52,867 nucleotides of DNA from assembly GCA_032718475.1 (NCBI GenBank), contig JAUCBJ010008950.1, forward strand, positions 1-52,867, written 5' to 3'. The position numbers and the translations under genes are program-made. Shown here one piece after another: positions 38,036 to 49,686 of the stretch. Positions within the stretch are counted from its first letter, which is position 1; the number at the start of each line of letters is the position of its first letter. This DNA is from Nemertoderma westbladi (Eukaryota; Animalia; Xenacoelomorpha). The notes under the pieces were generated by a model. It did no database searches and had not been told where the DNA came from. It worked only from the letters and a program-made list of their open reading frames with translations.

Positions 38036-38806
38036 TGGACTGGGGGCGATTTATGGGCGAATATTTTGGCGACTTACGGGGTACGGGACTCATTTCATGT
38101 ATTTAAGGGCCAGGGGTGGGAGGCAAAGTTAAGCAGTATTCAGGTTTGCCTGATTACTATTAGGCCTAGCCAACTTCCTGCTGCCTGTAGAGGTGGATTT
38201 GGCAACTCGCTAGGTCTAAAGGACAAGGACTGCCCTTAGCGGTCCCTGGCCAACAGCAGTTTTACGAGCCTGAATAAGGACTCGGAAAGTCTGCTGCTTG
38301 TGTCAGGGATTTGCGACGGGAACCGACAGACAGACCTTTAGCGGTGCCTGGTCGCCGGCAGTTAGTACGAGCCTGAATAAGGACTCGGAAAACTACCAAC
38401 CGTTGGGGCTCACGACGGGCTGACAGACCCCTTGCCAAGCCGTACCACTTTCCTGATGACCAATCCCCTCGGGGTTCGAGAAGGGTGGGACGGACACGCA
38501 ACAGGGTCGAACGACACTGACACTACGGTACCGAGACTAGGACCGAGGGAACATTAGTTAGGTTAAAATCTGAGCGAACAGTGGGTAATTAAATAATGTA
38601 CTGTAGGGATTTATATTTTCGTGTTATATTATTGTGAATATTTGGTGTATATTGGTTTGGGGAAGCCCAACTTATTCTCAATCAAGATTCAGTGAGATTA
38701 GTTCAAGATTCAACCGTAGGGAAGTTACATTAAAGATTATATCCAACCAATGAAACTTTTCTCAACCGCAATCTTGCATTCAAGAAAGTATTCCTTCTCC
38801 ATTACC

Positions 38807-40148
38807 TACTAGGGATCGGCATGCTGCATTGCAGCTGCATTTTTAAGAATGCTGTGCCGGCTTGTCAACAAAATTGCACCGCCACAACTCCCTATCACCC
38901 ATGACATTTGCTAGATCATCCGCATCTTTAAGGCCAGTGTCCTTTAAGATGCGTCTCAAGAAAGTCATGGGCTGTCCACCATGCTTATTCACTCCATGAG
39001 GCTGCCAAAGTACAAGATTATGCACTGGCTGGTCCTCACGGCGAAAGCAATGTCCTGCAAAGCGGAGGCGATTTTGTTCTAGTGTCAAGCTTGGGGGAAC
39101 CAATGAGACACCTCCAATGTTATATAGTGTCTGGTTGGAGATGTGTGCATTGTACTTGACACAATGAACCCGGCGTAGCATTCTTGTGAATGTGCCATCC
39201 AGAGATTTGGCGTCCTCAGCAGTTAGAGCCCAGCATGGACTCCCGTAGAGGAGTACTGGAACTACTGCTGCTCTAAATAATCGGACCTTAAGTTTCCGAT
39301 TAATTCTCGGTGACTTCCAAATCCTGGAAAGCCTATTCAAAGCTGCCCATGCCTTTCCCTTACGTATTCGAAGGTCCTCACCTGACTTCCGGATCCATGA
39401 TCCCAGGTAACAGAAGTCGTCCACATGCTCAAGCATACCATCCTTTGAGCTTATGCTCATCCGATCAGAGACTTGCTGAGGACTTTCAAAGTTAACGGTC
39501 AGAATTTTGGTCTTTCTGGAGTTAATAAAAAGACCAACACTAGAAGCAGCATGTTCTAATGAGCTGATGAGCCGTTGGGCTCCCTCTAATGATTCTGAGA
39601 GTACTCCTAAGTCATCAGCAAAGTCTAGATCAGTTATGTACTTGGCAGGATTTCCTCGACTTCTGGAGCCAGTAGGTGGAGTTATCATCATCCCATCATC
39701 ATTATAATGATCTAAGGACATGCGTAGAACATAGTCAACCACAATGATGAACAAGAATGGTGCAAGTGTGTCTCCTTGGAGGACGCCCCATAACACTTCA
39801 AATGGTTCTGTGTCACCATCAACAGTAGACACAAATGTTGTCGAACCATCGTATACTGATCTGATTGCTGCAATAATTTCATCAGGAATCCCATATAATG
39901 AAAGTATGCTGAACATACGTGAGCGAGAGACTGAATCAAAGGCCTTGAAGAAGTCAACAAAGATAACAGCCAGATGCCTGTCTTTCTTTTTGGATAACTC
40001 TTCAATTATCCTTCTAAGTGCCAAAATGGGCTCCATGGTCCCACGACCTTTACGGAACCCATTCTGATTTCCACGGAGCAGTCTCTCAATGGGATCCCTG
40101 ATGCGATTTAATAGAATCCTATTGTATATTACCATTACATATGTATTA
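38807..40148 (-). mobile_element. 5'-truncated RTE-like LINE, RT domain open
   Basis: QNGFR, VDFFKAFDS, GVLQGDTLAP, FADDL, FCYLGS; TAGTAG tail; candidate TSD CCATTACC at 38799-38806 and 40149-40156. Confidence 0.93.
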
Positions 40149-40253
40149 CCATTACCAATATCCGGTGACTGGCCGGGATTCCGTGGTCTGAAAAGTTCTG
40201 CCTCCAGCATCGGCGTTTTCCCCCATGGTGTTGGGAATAACGGCAACAGAAGC

Positions 40254-41420
40254 GAGTCTCGGGAAGTAACATTTCTTGTACCGCGATCCAATGAATTCTA
40301 TACGAAACTGCAAGATGCGTTATTAATTACAAAATGTACTGTACGCTGGGATAGACGGCTTGAAAACTCACACATTTATATGTTGAATTACCCCTCTGGA
40401 ACTATGTGGAGTGATATTAAAATAGACCTCAATGAGAAGCAGGTTGAGAATAGCAATAACCATTATTTCTACAAGTCGTACTTATCCAATTTAGTTTTTA
40501 CTACATATGAAAGTAGAAATGGGCTGCTAGGGGCTGGAGGCTTTCGTCAGCCTTTAACCGAACACGGAAATGAAATTAATCCTGGTGCGCACCCCATTGG
40601 CGACGCCTTTAGTAAACAAATGCAATTTATAAGTGGATTGATGATTGATTTTGATACTGAAAGTAAAATAATACAACCCGGGTATGATTTAAGAATGCAT
40701 TTTAGAAAAGTATCAAATTCATTCATTTTTAAAATCACTCCAAACGCAAACGCTGTGACAAATCTTCGGCTAGAATTAGATGAAGTAAAGATCCTAATCC
40801 CAAGAATGGAGGTTAATCCGGTAATAGAAAGCAGCCATCTAAAAGGTTTAGAGAGCTATGATATTGAATATCAATTTAAAAAAAAAGAGGTTACTACATT
40901 TACTATTCCCGCGCAAACCACAAATTACACCCAAACAAACATATTTGATGGTAATTTGATGGTAATTTGATGGTATTTGATGATTATTGGCTTTATAACA
41001 AATAATTCATATTCGGGTGAATTAACTAGTAATCCGTTGAAATTTGAACATTTTAACCTTAGACCCACGGAACTGATTGTAGACGGTCTTCCAGTAGGCG
41101 GGGTAATATACGAGCCTAATTTTACTGATGGAACATTCATTTTTGAGTATACTCAATTAATGAAGAACATTAATACATATATTAACGGTTATGGGGGTAA
41201 TAATATAGACCATGAAACCTACTTAGGTAATTGCCCCCTCATATCCTGGGACCTAACTGCCGACGGATATGTTAGGGATCCGCAACCATCGATTTATAGT
41301 AATGGACAATTAAAATTAAGATTTGCTGATCCGTTGGTTGAGACCATAAATGTAATCGTTTTTAATATTTATGATCAATCATTAAGCTTAAATAGCAGGA
41401 AAGAAATACATATCGATTAA
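40254..41420 (+). pseudogene. Maverick major capsid protein, main part, frameshifted at ~40945-40980
   Basis: VTFLVP..FYTKL, WSDIKIDLNEKQV, YFYKSYL, NIFDG, IIGFITN..YSG...NPLKFEHFNL, WDLTAD, LKLRFADPL..TINVIVF. Confidence 0.9.
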
Positions 41421-41422
41421 GT

Positions 41423-41884
41423 ATGTTATCTTCAAAGGACCTTGATATGTTTCCAGTGGGTGGTCACTATTTGGGGGCATTTCCATCTAATAAATTACCT
41501 AAATTAGATAATAATAATAATAATAATCGGAGAGATTATGGGTTAATAGTAAAGACCGATATAGCGCATCTACCTGGTGTTCATTGGGTGGCTATATATA
41601 TACGAGATAATGAAGCTGAATTATTTAATTCGTTTGGTCCAAAATATCCAAACAGATGTATCGAAAAATGGCTTGAGAAAAATTCTACAAGGTGGTGTAC
41701 TACTCGCAGGCAATTCCAAGACCCTAGAAGGACCACATGCGGGTTATACTGTCTTTATTACTTGGTAAATCGAATTCACACAAACTATCCAATGAGAGCG
41801 TTTACAAATAATGTGGAAATAAATGAAATAATATTATATAAATGGCTTGTTAATTATTATAAAATAAACCAACAAGCGTTGTAA
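41423..41884 (+). CDS. Adenain-like cysteine protease (Maverick PRO)
   Basis: GAFPSN, IVKTD...PGVHWVAI, FNSFG, QFQ....TCGLYCLYYL. The expected catalytic-triad Asp (FDSFG) reads Asn. Confidence 0.9.
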   Translation: MLSSKDLDMFPVGGHYLGAFPSNKLPKLDNNNNNNRRDYGLIVKTDIAHLPGVHWVAIYIRDNEAELFNSFGPKYPNRCIEKWLEKNSTRWCTTRRQFQDPRRTTCGLYCLYYLVNRIHTNYPMRAFTNNVEINEIILYKWLVNYYKINQQAL

Positions 41885-41928
41885 TTAATCATTTAACTTT
41901 TGTTTATATAATTATATTATCCGATAAA

Positions 41929-42306
41929 ATGGATAATATTATTTTTGTCGATTTTCAATATTATAAGATAGACAATAAGGAATATCCGATAGTATTTAAA
42001 GAATTTTCTATATTCGATTCTAAATACACCAAAACTAATGTAAAGACGTTTTTAATTAAAGGACCTCCTGATATTAACTTATCGGCATTAGATAAAGCCC
42101 ACGTAAACAATTTACGGGACATGACTTCACATTTACCCTGGAATTACGGTGACATTTCGCAAGATGACTTCAAAAAGTACATGAAGAGACATTTAAAATA
42201 TAAAAAAAATATATATGTATTCGGGTTGATGAAGCTGGCAATATTAATTACCGAACTTGATGTTCTCGCTCCAAAATCGGTGGAGAAATCGGAGATATAT
42301 CAATGA
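41929..42306 (+). CDS. Maverick accessory protein (degenerate DnaQ-like family), C-terminus probably frameshifted
   Basis: IFVDFQ...VFKEFS...HLPWNYGDI...IYVFG..K, a pattern recalled from Polinton accessory ORFs; CPFH/C motifs follow in another frame. Confidence 0.55.
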   Translation: MDNIIFVDFQYYKIDNKEYPIVFKEFSIFDSKYTKTNVKTFLIKGPPDINLSALDKAHVNNLRDMTSHLPWNYGDISQDDFKKYMKRHLKYKKNIYVFGLMKLAILITELDVLAPKSVEKSEIYQ

Positions 42307-42651
42307 TATTACAATTATTTAACCCCTTGTCCCTTTCACAATAAATTTTCTCTTGTGGAAAATAAATGCGCTTACCACTTAAACACAAAGGATAACTGCC
42401 TACGGTACTGCTCTGCAAAATGAGTCGGAGGGTATGAAATGAAACGATTTTTCATGAGAAAGCGATTAACTGAGACTGATGATAAACAGAAAGAAATAAC
42501 TGCGGTGGAAGATATACAGTAGGTTTACTCTAAGCATGTAATGTGATGGGATAATATAATCGTTTTAATGTCAATAAAAATAATAAAAACATTAAAATCT
42601 AATTTTTTATTTCTCAGTCTGATGGAGGTAGGGTTTAGGTTTACACCCTCA

Positions 42652-42880
42652 AACACACACACACATGTACACACACACACCCCCTCACACCCCCACACAC
42701 ACACATACACACACCTACCGGTAGCTAGCTAGCTGTTGCATCTGACTTTACACACACTGACATATAACACAGCTAAACTGCAGACACCTACCGGTAGCTA
42801 GCCGTCTAGCTGTTGCATCTGAGTTTAACTACCGGTAGCTAGCTGACTTTACACACTGACATACAACAAGACTAAACTGT
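42652..42880. repeat. (CA)n microsatellite followed by degenerate direct repeats (ctaccggtagctagc x3)
   Basis: Visible directly in the sequence. Confidence 0.75.
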
Positions 42881-43762
42881 AGAAGGGCTCCCCTTCTAGA
42901 CTGACAAAGTACTGTTGGCTTGCTTTAGCGATACTAATAATAATAAAATTAAATTAACTCGACATGTGGTTCACGAATGTGGTATTAGAGTGGCCCGCCT
43001 AACAATAGACCTAGCAGTACTGTAGCACCCTTGTAACAGTATAGTCAGATAGGGCATGCTGGTTCCTTCAATTTAAGGATTATTATACTTGAATGCTTCC
43101 AATTTTCTGTTTACAACTTTAATTGGCCTAATCTAGATTATTACTGGGGCTACTACTGTTGCATAGGTAATCCTATACAGCTATAGTTAACTTTATGCGG
43201 CCCCTTTTTCGAATGTAGGCCCAATATGGTTTAAGGTTAACCTTTAGAACTCACGGACAGGCACGCCTCCATTCAGCCAGTCATATAATGACTCCTCAAC
43301 TGAAAGCCGGCTAGCTCATGGATACAATAGGTGTGGCTAGCAATATATAAAATCCACCGCACACAACATTTACTCCATTTTGTAGGGCTATATAAAACAT
43401 AGTTAGTTTATTTATGTAAGTTTATTTATTATTTTTAAATTAGATATAAAACAGACTGATAACATTTAATGAGTTGAAATTTGAACTTCTCTCCAACTGT
43501 TACAATCAGGAACACTGGTCACAATTTGACAAATTTAGTAGGTACCGATAGGGGCTAATTAAGACAGTAATTAACATTTAATAGGCCAGTCAGTCAGTTA
43601 GTCAGTATCGATAAATCTCTCTCATTACCGGTGCCATTTATAAATTGGTTGCTTTTGCGGTTCCGGATGCGGTTGTGGTTGTGAATGTGTCACAACAACA
43701 TCATTATCATCATCTTCCCATGGGTTGTTTGGGGGTAACATTGGATTTGTTATACCATCCTC

Positions 43763-44017
43763 TCAATTTTCTTGAGAAATTATACTGGTATCGCATGTAT
43801 GAATTTTGCTATCGCCGGGTTGAATTCTCACATTTAATGTGAAATTTTTCATCATTTTAAAATCCGTTATTTCGTTTCCTCTGTTATTTTTAATTGCCAT
43901 ATGGAATTTGCCATCTTCAAGTTTTATACTAATGTCGACTATATTTGCCGCTTGAAGGTATGCATCACCAGCTTCATGATCGAAATTCATAGAACAACTC
44001 GTCACACTTACTGTCAT
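43763..44017 (-). CDS. Hypothetical Maverick small protein (frame continues past one stop to ~43625)
   Basis: Protein-like ORF in the minus-strand gene block; no recognisable motif. Confidence 0.35.
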   Translation of the reverse strand: MTVSVTSCSMNFDHEAGDAYLQAANIVDISIKLEDGKFHMAIKNNRGNEITDFKMMKNFTLNVRIQPGDSKIHTCDTSIISQEN

Positions 44018-44182
44018 TTTACTGTTACAGGTTGGTTATGATTATAATATAATATAGTATAGGCTAGAGTATACCGGTATTATTTTTGTCTTATTTTGGT
44101 AAACAAAATTATAGTTCACTGTTAGAAAAATTGAGTTTATATATATTTTTGTAGAGGGTCGCAGATGTTTATATTACAAAAT

Positions 44183-45151
44183 TCACATAGTTAACAAGGG
44201 GAAAGATTTTTTCCTGTTGTCAAAAATGAAATGACTCATATAATTTTTGTACTGCGAAGTACGGTATTTGTGATCTTTCAATTTGCTACTAAATTTTGTG
44301 GCTATAATAGCCCATTTGAAACAGTCATTATCAGCCGTTTGTATATTTAGGTAATTCCATATATCCATGTCCCTTATATAGTAACGACCTACACTTAGAT
44401 TCAGCTAATTTAATTTCAACTCTAAATAAAGATTAAATAAGCCAGCCCGAACCACGTGTGTTAAATTTTGTAATATATTTTCCACCACATGCTCAGCTCA
44501 AACCATAGATCAAAACTTTGTGATGAATCTACAGTATTAATAGCACCACCAGAAGAATTAAAATAAAAGGTTTCTAATTGTTCACCTTCTGAAAAATGTG
44601 TTCTGTACATTAATACATTTAGACCTAACTACAGTCTAAGAACATTCATTTCTTTCAATCTGTCTAATATTAACTGAAGATTATTACCTCGAATTTGCGT
44701 TAATGCAGTTTCTACATCGGGATAATCTCTAGAAGTTGGGAAGTTGTGGACATAAATTTCAAGACGATTATCATGAGCTTCTTGTTCCCGCGTAAAAATT
44801 GTTGCATATGTACCAAGAGCCACCCTTAAGTTTTTTTATAGATATTATATTTTTATGTTGCGGAGATTTATGCTTTCTTGTGTAATAACATTTCAAGTGA
44901 CAGTCGTGTCGTAAATAATTCTTATATGTATACTCTTTATTACAGGTAGAACAAGTCAATTGATAGGTACGAAACTCCATTTCTTTACAACCTGTAGTTG
45001 ATTCATGTTGTTTACAAATTTCACTGCATGAAGTCGTGATATGACACTTAAAACAAGAATAACCTTCAAAATGCGACTTTAGGTGACGTAAATAATTATG
45101 TCTAGTTACATTCATATGACAGAATGTACAACATATTACTATTTTATCCAT
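44183..45151 (-). pseudogene. C2H2 zinc fingers + N-terminal region of protein-primed DNA polymerase B; polymerase core absent
   Basis: CTFC..YLRHLKSH and CSTC..YLRH fingers; TFYFNS, FNTRGSGWLI, GYMELP, LNIQTADNDCFKWAII..RTSQY match the pPolB N-terminal pattern. Many stops. Confidence 0.7.
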
Positions 45152-45281
45152 GTTGAAGTTTGTTTAGATTATATAATAATAATAATAATAATAAAATATC
45201 ACCAAAGATTAATATGAAATGAAATGTTATTGACTATATCTAAACATTTATATGCTACCGAACGAAATAATTTTAAAACAA

Positions 45282-46368
45282 TCACCAATCGCTTATGGGT
45301 GCTGGAACCCCATATGGGTTTGACTTATGGTCAGGTTTCCAAGTAAAATTATCAGCCTCATCTACCGGAATTGAGGCAACAGCAACTTTCTGTTTCTTTG
45401 CAGGTGTCACATTGGTTAATTTACTCGATGATCTTGGCTTCCGAGGTAATATTTCAGGAAAGACCTGTTGCGGTTGAGTGCAAATCTCTTCAACATCCGG
45501 TTTGGGTGATGGGATCTCAACGAATGCTTTAGGTTTATCCAAAAGGGCAAAACCATCTACTTTAGCATCAGTAAGAGAAACACCATCCATTACCTCTTTG
45601 AGAAAACTAATCTGAGCTTTATCATTCAAGTAATGCAACTCAATAGAATTTCCACCTGCGCCTACTTCAGTAGAATTATCGGTGTTGGTAATAATAATTT
45701 TTTTATTATTTTTTTTTAATCATTTTGAGACGGTCTGATAGTTGAATGATATTTTTATCAAAAAGATGCTTGTTTGTTTCATCGATTTGAGTGTCCCACT
45801 CTCGCAACAAAACGGATAGTTCCCGATTTGACAAATTGAAACCCGTATAATAGTTAAAACCAACACTATCAGTGTATCTGAGGCTGATTTTCCATAAGCC
45901 AACATAGTTGGTTCCTTTAAAAGCTGTTACAAATCCAATAAACTCTGGATTTGATAATTCAATGTAGAATTGATCACTAATAATCTCTAGTGGAGAGAGA
46001 AATTGCAATAATTTTCCCCTGTATTGAATTAGAACTTCAGTAAAAGCTTTGTTAAGAACTTTACATTTGCCTTGTTTCTGAACGTAAACATCACCCGATG
46101 CAGGGTTGAAAAATATTAAAATTTCCTCGCGCAAAACGAAGAGTGGGATATATCCTACCTGGTATAATTGATGGTCTGGGTTGATGTTGATTGTTGGTTG
46201 TTTCTAGAATATCCAGCAAATAGCGGGTATCTTGATGGGAAAAACAAATTGATTCGTTGTCATCCTGAGAATCCACAATAAAATACTTGCTGTGAACGAC
46301 AGTGCAAGTATATTTATTGTAAGTAAATTTCCAGCTATTTGTTGCTCCGTTTTTTGCGTTAAGGCCAT
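45282..46368 (-). pseudogene. PC4-like Maverick protein, frameshifted paralog of 606-1652
   Basis: SWKFTYNKYTC, YVQKQGKC, FVTAFKGTNYVGLWKIS.RY.D..G..YY.GFNL and LSDRLK align with the 348-aa ORF. Confidence 0.8.
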
Positions 46369-47051
46369 AATAATAAATACGAAAAATATTACAAGTGATA
46401 AATTTTTAAACTGTATCGCTGTAATCAATTGACACCATAGTTCTCACTCTAAAATTGTGATATATCTTGTTCACCGTATATTAGATGGTCGGAAGACCAC
46501 ACCTGAGAAAAATGATACTGATTCACTCATTGAATATCGAACATTAGAACTACCCAATGTCGGAATCAGTATCATTTATTCGCGTGTATGATCTTCCGAC
46601 CAACGAATATACGACAAGTAAGATAATGAAGAAATTATTAAGGAAATAACACAATTTCAGAGTGAGAACTAAAAAAATTAGATATGGTGTCAATTTATTA
46701 CCATGAAGATTACAAGTGATGAATTTTAATAGACAATCAGTAATATATAATAATTTCTGAATACGTGGCATAGTCAACGACGAATAAGAAAAGAGATGGG
46801 ATGCAATGTGGTTGGTTGGTTGGTAACGCGAGTAGGAAATACGTGTAGGAATATGAATCATTGGCTTGTGCATAATAATAATAATCAATAATTATAATAA
46901 AAACGTGCAGTATAATGTTAAGCATCATATCAATATGGGACAGATGCGGTAGGGTTAGGTTGAGTAAGTATGAAAATGTGACAATGTGTACGTGTACGTG
47001 TAGCGGGGTTTCAAGTCTCATATAACCCTCACACTGGTGTTGGTTGGTTGG

Positions 47052-47507
47052 TTGGTAACAGCAGTCGAGTAGCGGAGGGTATATCGATGAGTTGGCAATC
47101 AATATAATACCATAGCACGGTATATGTGTGCGTGTGTGTGTGTGGGGGAGAGGTCCATGACAACTGACTCTATCGTAAAGATGAGGAAATAGTATATTAG
47201 TTTGTTGTCGTCGCCGTCGTCTTCATGGTAGCGAGGGGAAAGGGAGAGTAACCGGGGCTAGGCATGCATCGCTGTTGTTTGGTAACAGCAGTCGAGTAGC
47301 GGAGCGTAAATCGATGAGTTGGCAATCAATATAATAGCATAGTGCGGTATATGCGTGCATGTGTGTGTGTGGGGGGGGGGGGGGGGGGGAGAGGTCCACG
47401 ACGACTGACTCTATCGTAAAGATGAGGAAATAGTATATTAGTTCGCCGCCGTCACCGTCATGGTAGCGAGGGGAAAGGGAGAGTAACCGGGGCTAGGCAT
47501 GGATCGC
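47052..47507. repeat. ~227-bp direct tandem duplication in the Maverick subterminal region
   Basis: ttggtaacagcagtcgagtagcggag...ggggctaggcat occurs at 47052 and 47279. Confidence 0.92.
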
Positions 47508-47688
47508 GAGGTTAGGCTACGCGTAGTTGAATATCGATGATTGGTTGATGCAATGATGCGAATCAATACTGGCGGCAGATGGTCATTAAAATCTGTCAAA
47601 ATTGATGATTTCCAATAGTCCTCCGAGGCAATGCCCCATAGAATAGCATAGGGAGGCGGGGGTGGAGGGACCCTCTTCTTCTACTACT

Positions 47689-49686
47689 CCTGTTCACGAT
47701 AAGGGAACGGAATGGGGCGGGCTGCATAAATGCAGAAAGGTAGCGCATTTTCCACCAACTCTATTGATATTGGTGGGCCACATTTTGTTTTGAGATGTCC
47801 GTCCATTTGTAAGACATATTTAAACTCCTCTAGGAGTTTGAGTTTAATTTCGTCGGAGCTTATCGAAAGTTCGCATTTAATTTTGTCAGAGTTTATCGAA
47901 AGTTCGCGTTTAATTTCATTGGACTCTGAGTTTATTGGAAGTCCACGTTTTGTAGCTGCGGCGTATGATGGTTTGGGGGTGGGTTCAGCGTCTGATTTCG
48001 CGGAAACGCCCCGAACTTCCCATTTGATGTCTGGGCGAATAGTTGAAATTGGTTTGGGGAAATCTTCATGTACTATTCCCAAATCTTTGCAGGCCTGTAG
48101 AGATAAGTAGATATCTGTTCCCATATCCGGACATAAGTAAACCCTCTCTTTGTGAATGTGGCCCCCTACAGAGAGTTCTAGAAAAAGTTTACCCTCACAC
48201 TCGATTCGGCCACCATTTGCTGATTGCAGTGGAAAATCGGGAGGAATTATGTCAGTCGACTCCAGTAATTTCCACTCTGATTGTATGGTGGAGCCGGCTA
48301 CAGTAACCTGGGCTCCCGTATCAGCGATACACATGTTTTTTCCCACATATTCGCCCGATTTGTGGAAATCTACCGCGATAAGCGCACATTGGTTTGCGGC
48401 GGTGCACTTGTGGATGTCAGCGATAAGGACAGCGCCGGATGTTTTTGGAGTAATTTTGGATTTAGGTTGTAAACACTGCGTGCCAAAGTCTCCAGTCCTC
48501 CCGCAGTTACTACAATCCTTTCCTGCAGCTCTGCAGGGTGCATTGTTGCTGTGAGGAAACTTCCCTCCACACTGAAGGCATTCCCCCTGTTCTTTTGCTG
48601 TGTTAATGAGTTCTAGGGCGCGGTTTGAGGAAGGACTCTGCCCCATAGCAGAAGTTTCCTTCCCTTTCTGGTACCTACTCTTAGGGCGTCGACTATGTCC
48701 CCTGGGTGGGGGTCTTTGCGGAGTCTGTACTGCATTCACACGCTGCCTTCTTATGAGTTTAGTATTCCTGGCTGCGATTTCGCGGGACCAGCAAAAATTG
48801 AGAGTTTCCAATCGTGTTAAGGGTGGTCGTTTTGCAAAGAGTTCCTCCCATGTTTCGTCGTCATGGATACCTCGGATGAGGAGCATATTAGCCCAGTCGT
48901 CTGGGGTCATCATTTTGAGACCAGCATCGTCTGTCAGATTGCACAGTCGTACGTAATAATCGTAATAACGTAATACGTAATAACCGGGTTCTCCGACTGT
49001 TTTAGTTCGACGAGTTGATGGCGGTTGACAACGAGGTTCCTCTCAGAACGGAGGTATAAGCGGATCTCCTCCATAACTTCCGCAAGAGTTTTGTCTTTGT
49101 TTACCGGGATGTTTAGGCGATGGTGGATGCGGTTGAGGAACTCGGCAGAACAATTTAAAAAAAAGACTGCGAGTTGATCCTCCCGAGGATTCTGGGATAA
49201 GTGGACAAGGGTTCAGTAGTTGCTCCACTTGATCTCCCAGCGTTTGTAGCGCTGAAACGTGATATCTTCTTCGAGTTTCTCGGGGGCTCGAGCGTTTGGT
49301 TTTACGGTTTTGCCGGGTCCGGGGATCCAGGCGGTTGCGCCTGCTGGTCCCTGTCGGAGTAGTTGGAGGAATTACACCCTCTCTTCTGCACTGAGACGAT
49401 CTCGATGTTCCTCGCGACATTCATTGTTCTCCCGGCGGCGTAGCTCCTCTTCCCGGTGGCGTTGTTCTTCCTCGGCATGGTCACGCTGAAGGTAGATCAG
49501 AAATTGCGTTAGGTCAGGCGGTTTATGTTCGTCACCCTGTTCCTGATCACCAAGCGTGCCCTTGAGTTGATTGCGTAGTTTGTTGGACGATGTTTTCGGA
49601 TTGAATTGGATTCCAGTGTTTGTACAGTGGATCTTCAGCATCTCCCAGTCGAGATTATCAATTTCCTCGAGCCGTAGATCGACCAA
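47689..49686 (-). pseudogene. gag: Ty3/Gypsy gag-protease fragment, cut just before RT
   Basis: CLQCGG..H..C, CSNCGRTG(D)F..QC, ADTGAQV protease, LGIVHEDFP, ARPIPFPYREQ. Confidence 0.85.

Larger units (their letters stand above)
27984..40248 (+). mobile_element. BEL/Pao LTR retrotransposon copy B, both LTRs present, inserted in the Maverick MCP gene
   Basis: TG...CA LTRs at 27984-29040 and 37345-40248; 5-bp TSD GAAGC at 27979-27983 and 40249-40253; G-rich PPT at 37337-37343. Confidence 0.97.
37345..40248 (+). repeat. 3' LTR of BEL copy B, interrupted by two LINE fragments
   Basis: LTR segments 37345-37459, 38036-38806 and ~40157-40248 match the 5' LTR. Confidence 0.93.
20819..47688. mobile_element. 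Maverick/Polinton (adintovirus-like) element, decayed and multiply interrupted; left part missing
   Basis: AT-rich cluster of INT, 2x penton, core protein, MCP, adenain protease, pPolB-N remnant and PC4-like genes. Ends in cttctACTACT (47688) where Gypsy pol coding sequence abruptly begins. Confidence 0.9.

Noticed and set aside
40089-40253. N-terminus of the 293-aa ORF as the MCP start
   Set aside because: It is antisense LINE plus LTR sequence; the real N-terminus is at 27879.
40130-40291. N-terminus of the 482-aa RT ORF
   Set aside because: Chance read-through from antisense MCP/LTR and junction DNA into a 5'-truncated LINE.
46550-47102. Short ORFs in the Maverick subterminal region
   Set aside because: Low-complexity translations of repeats with no motifs.
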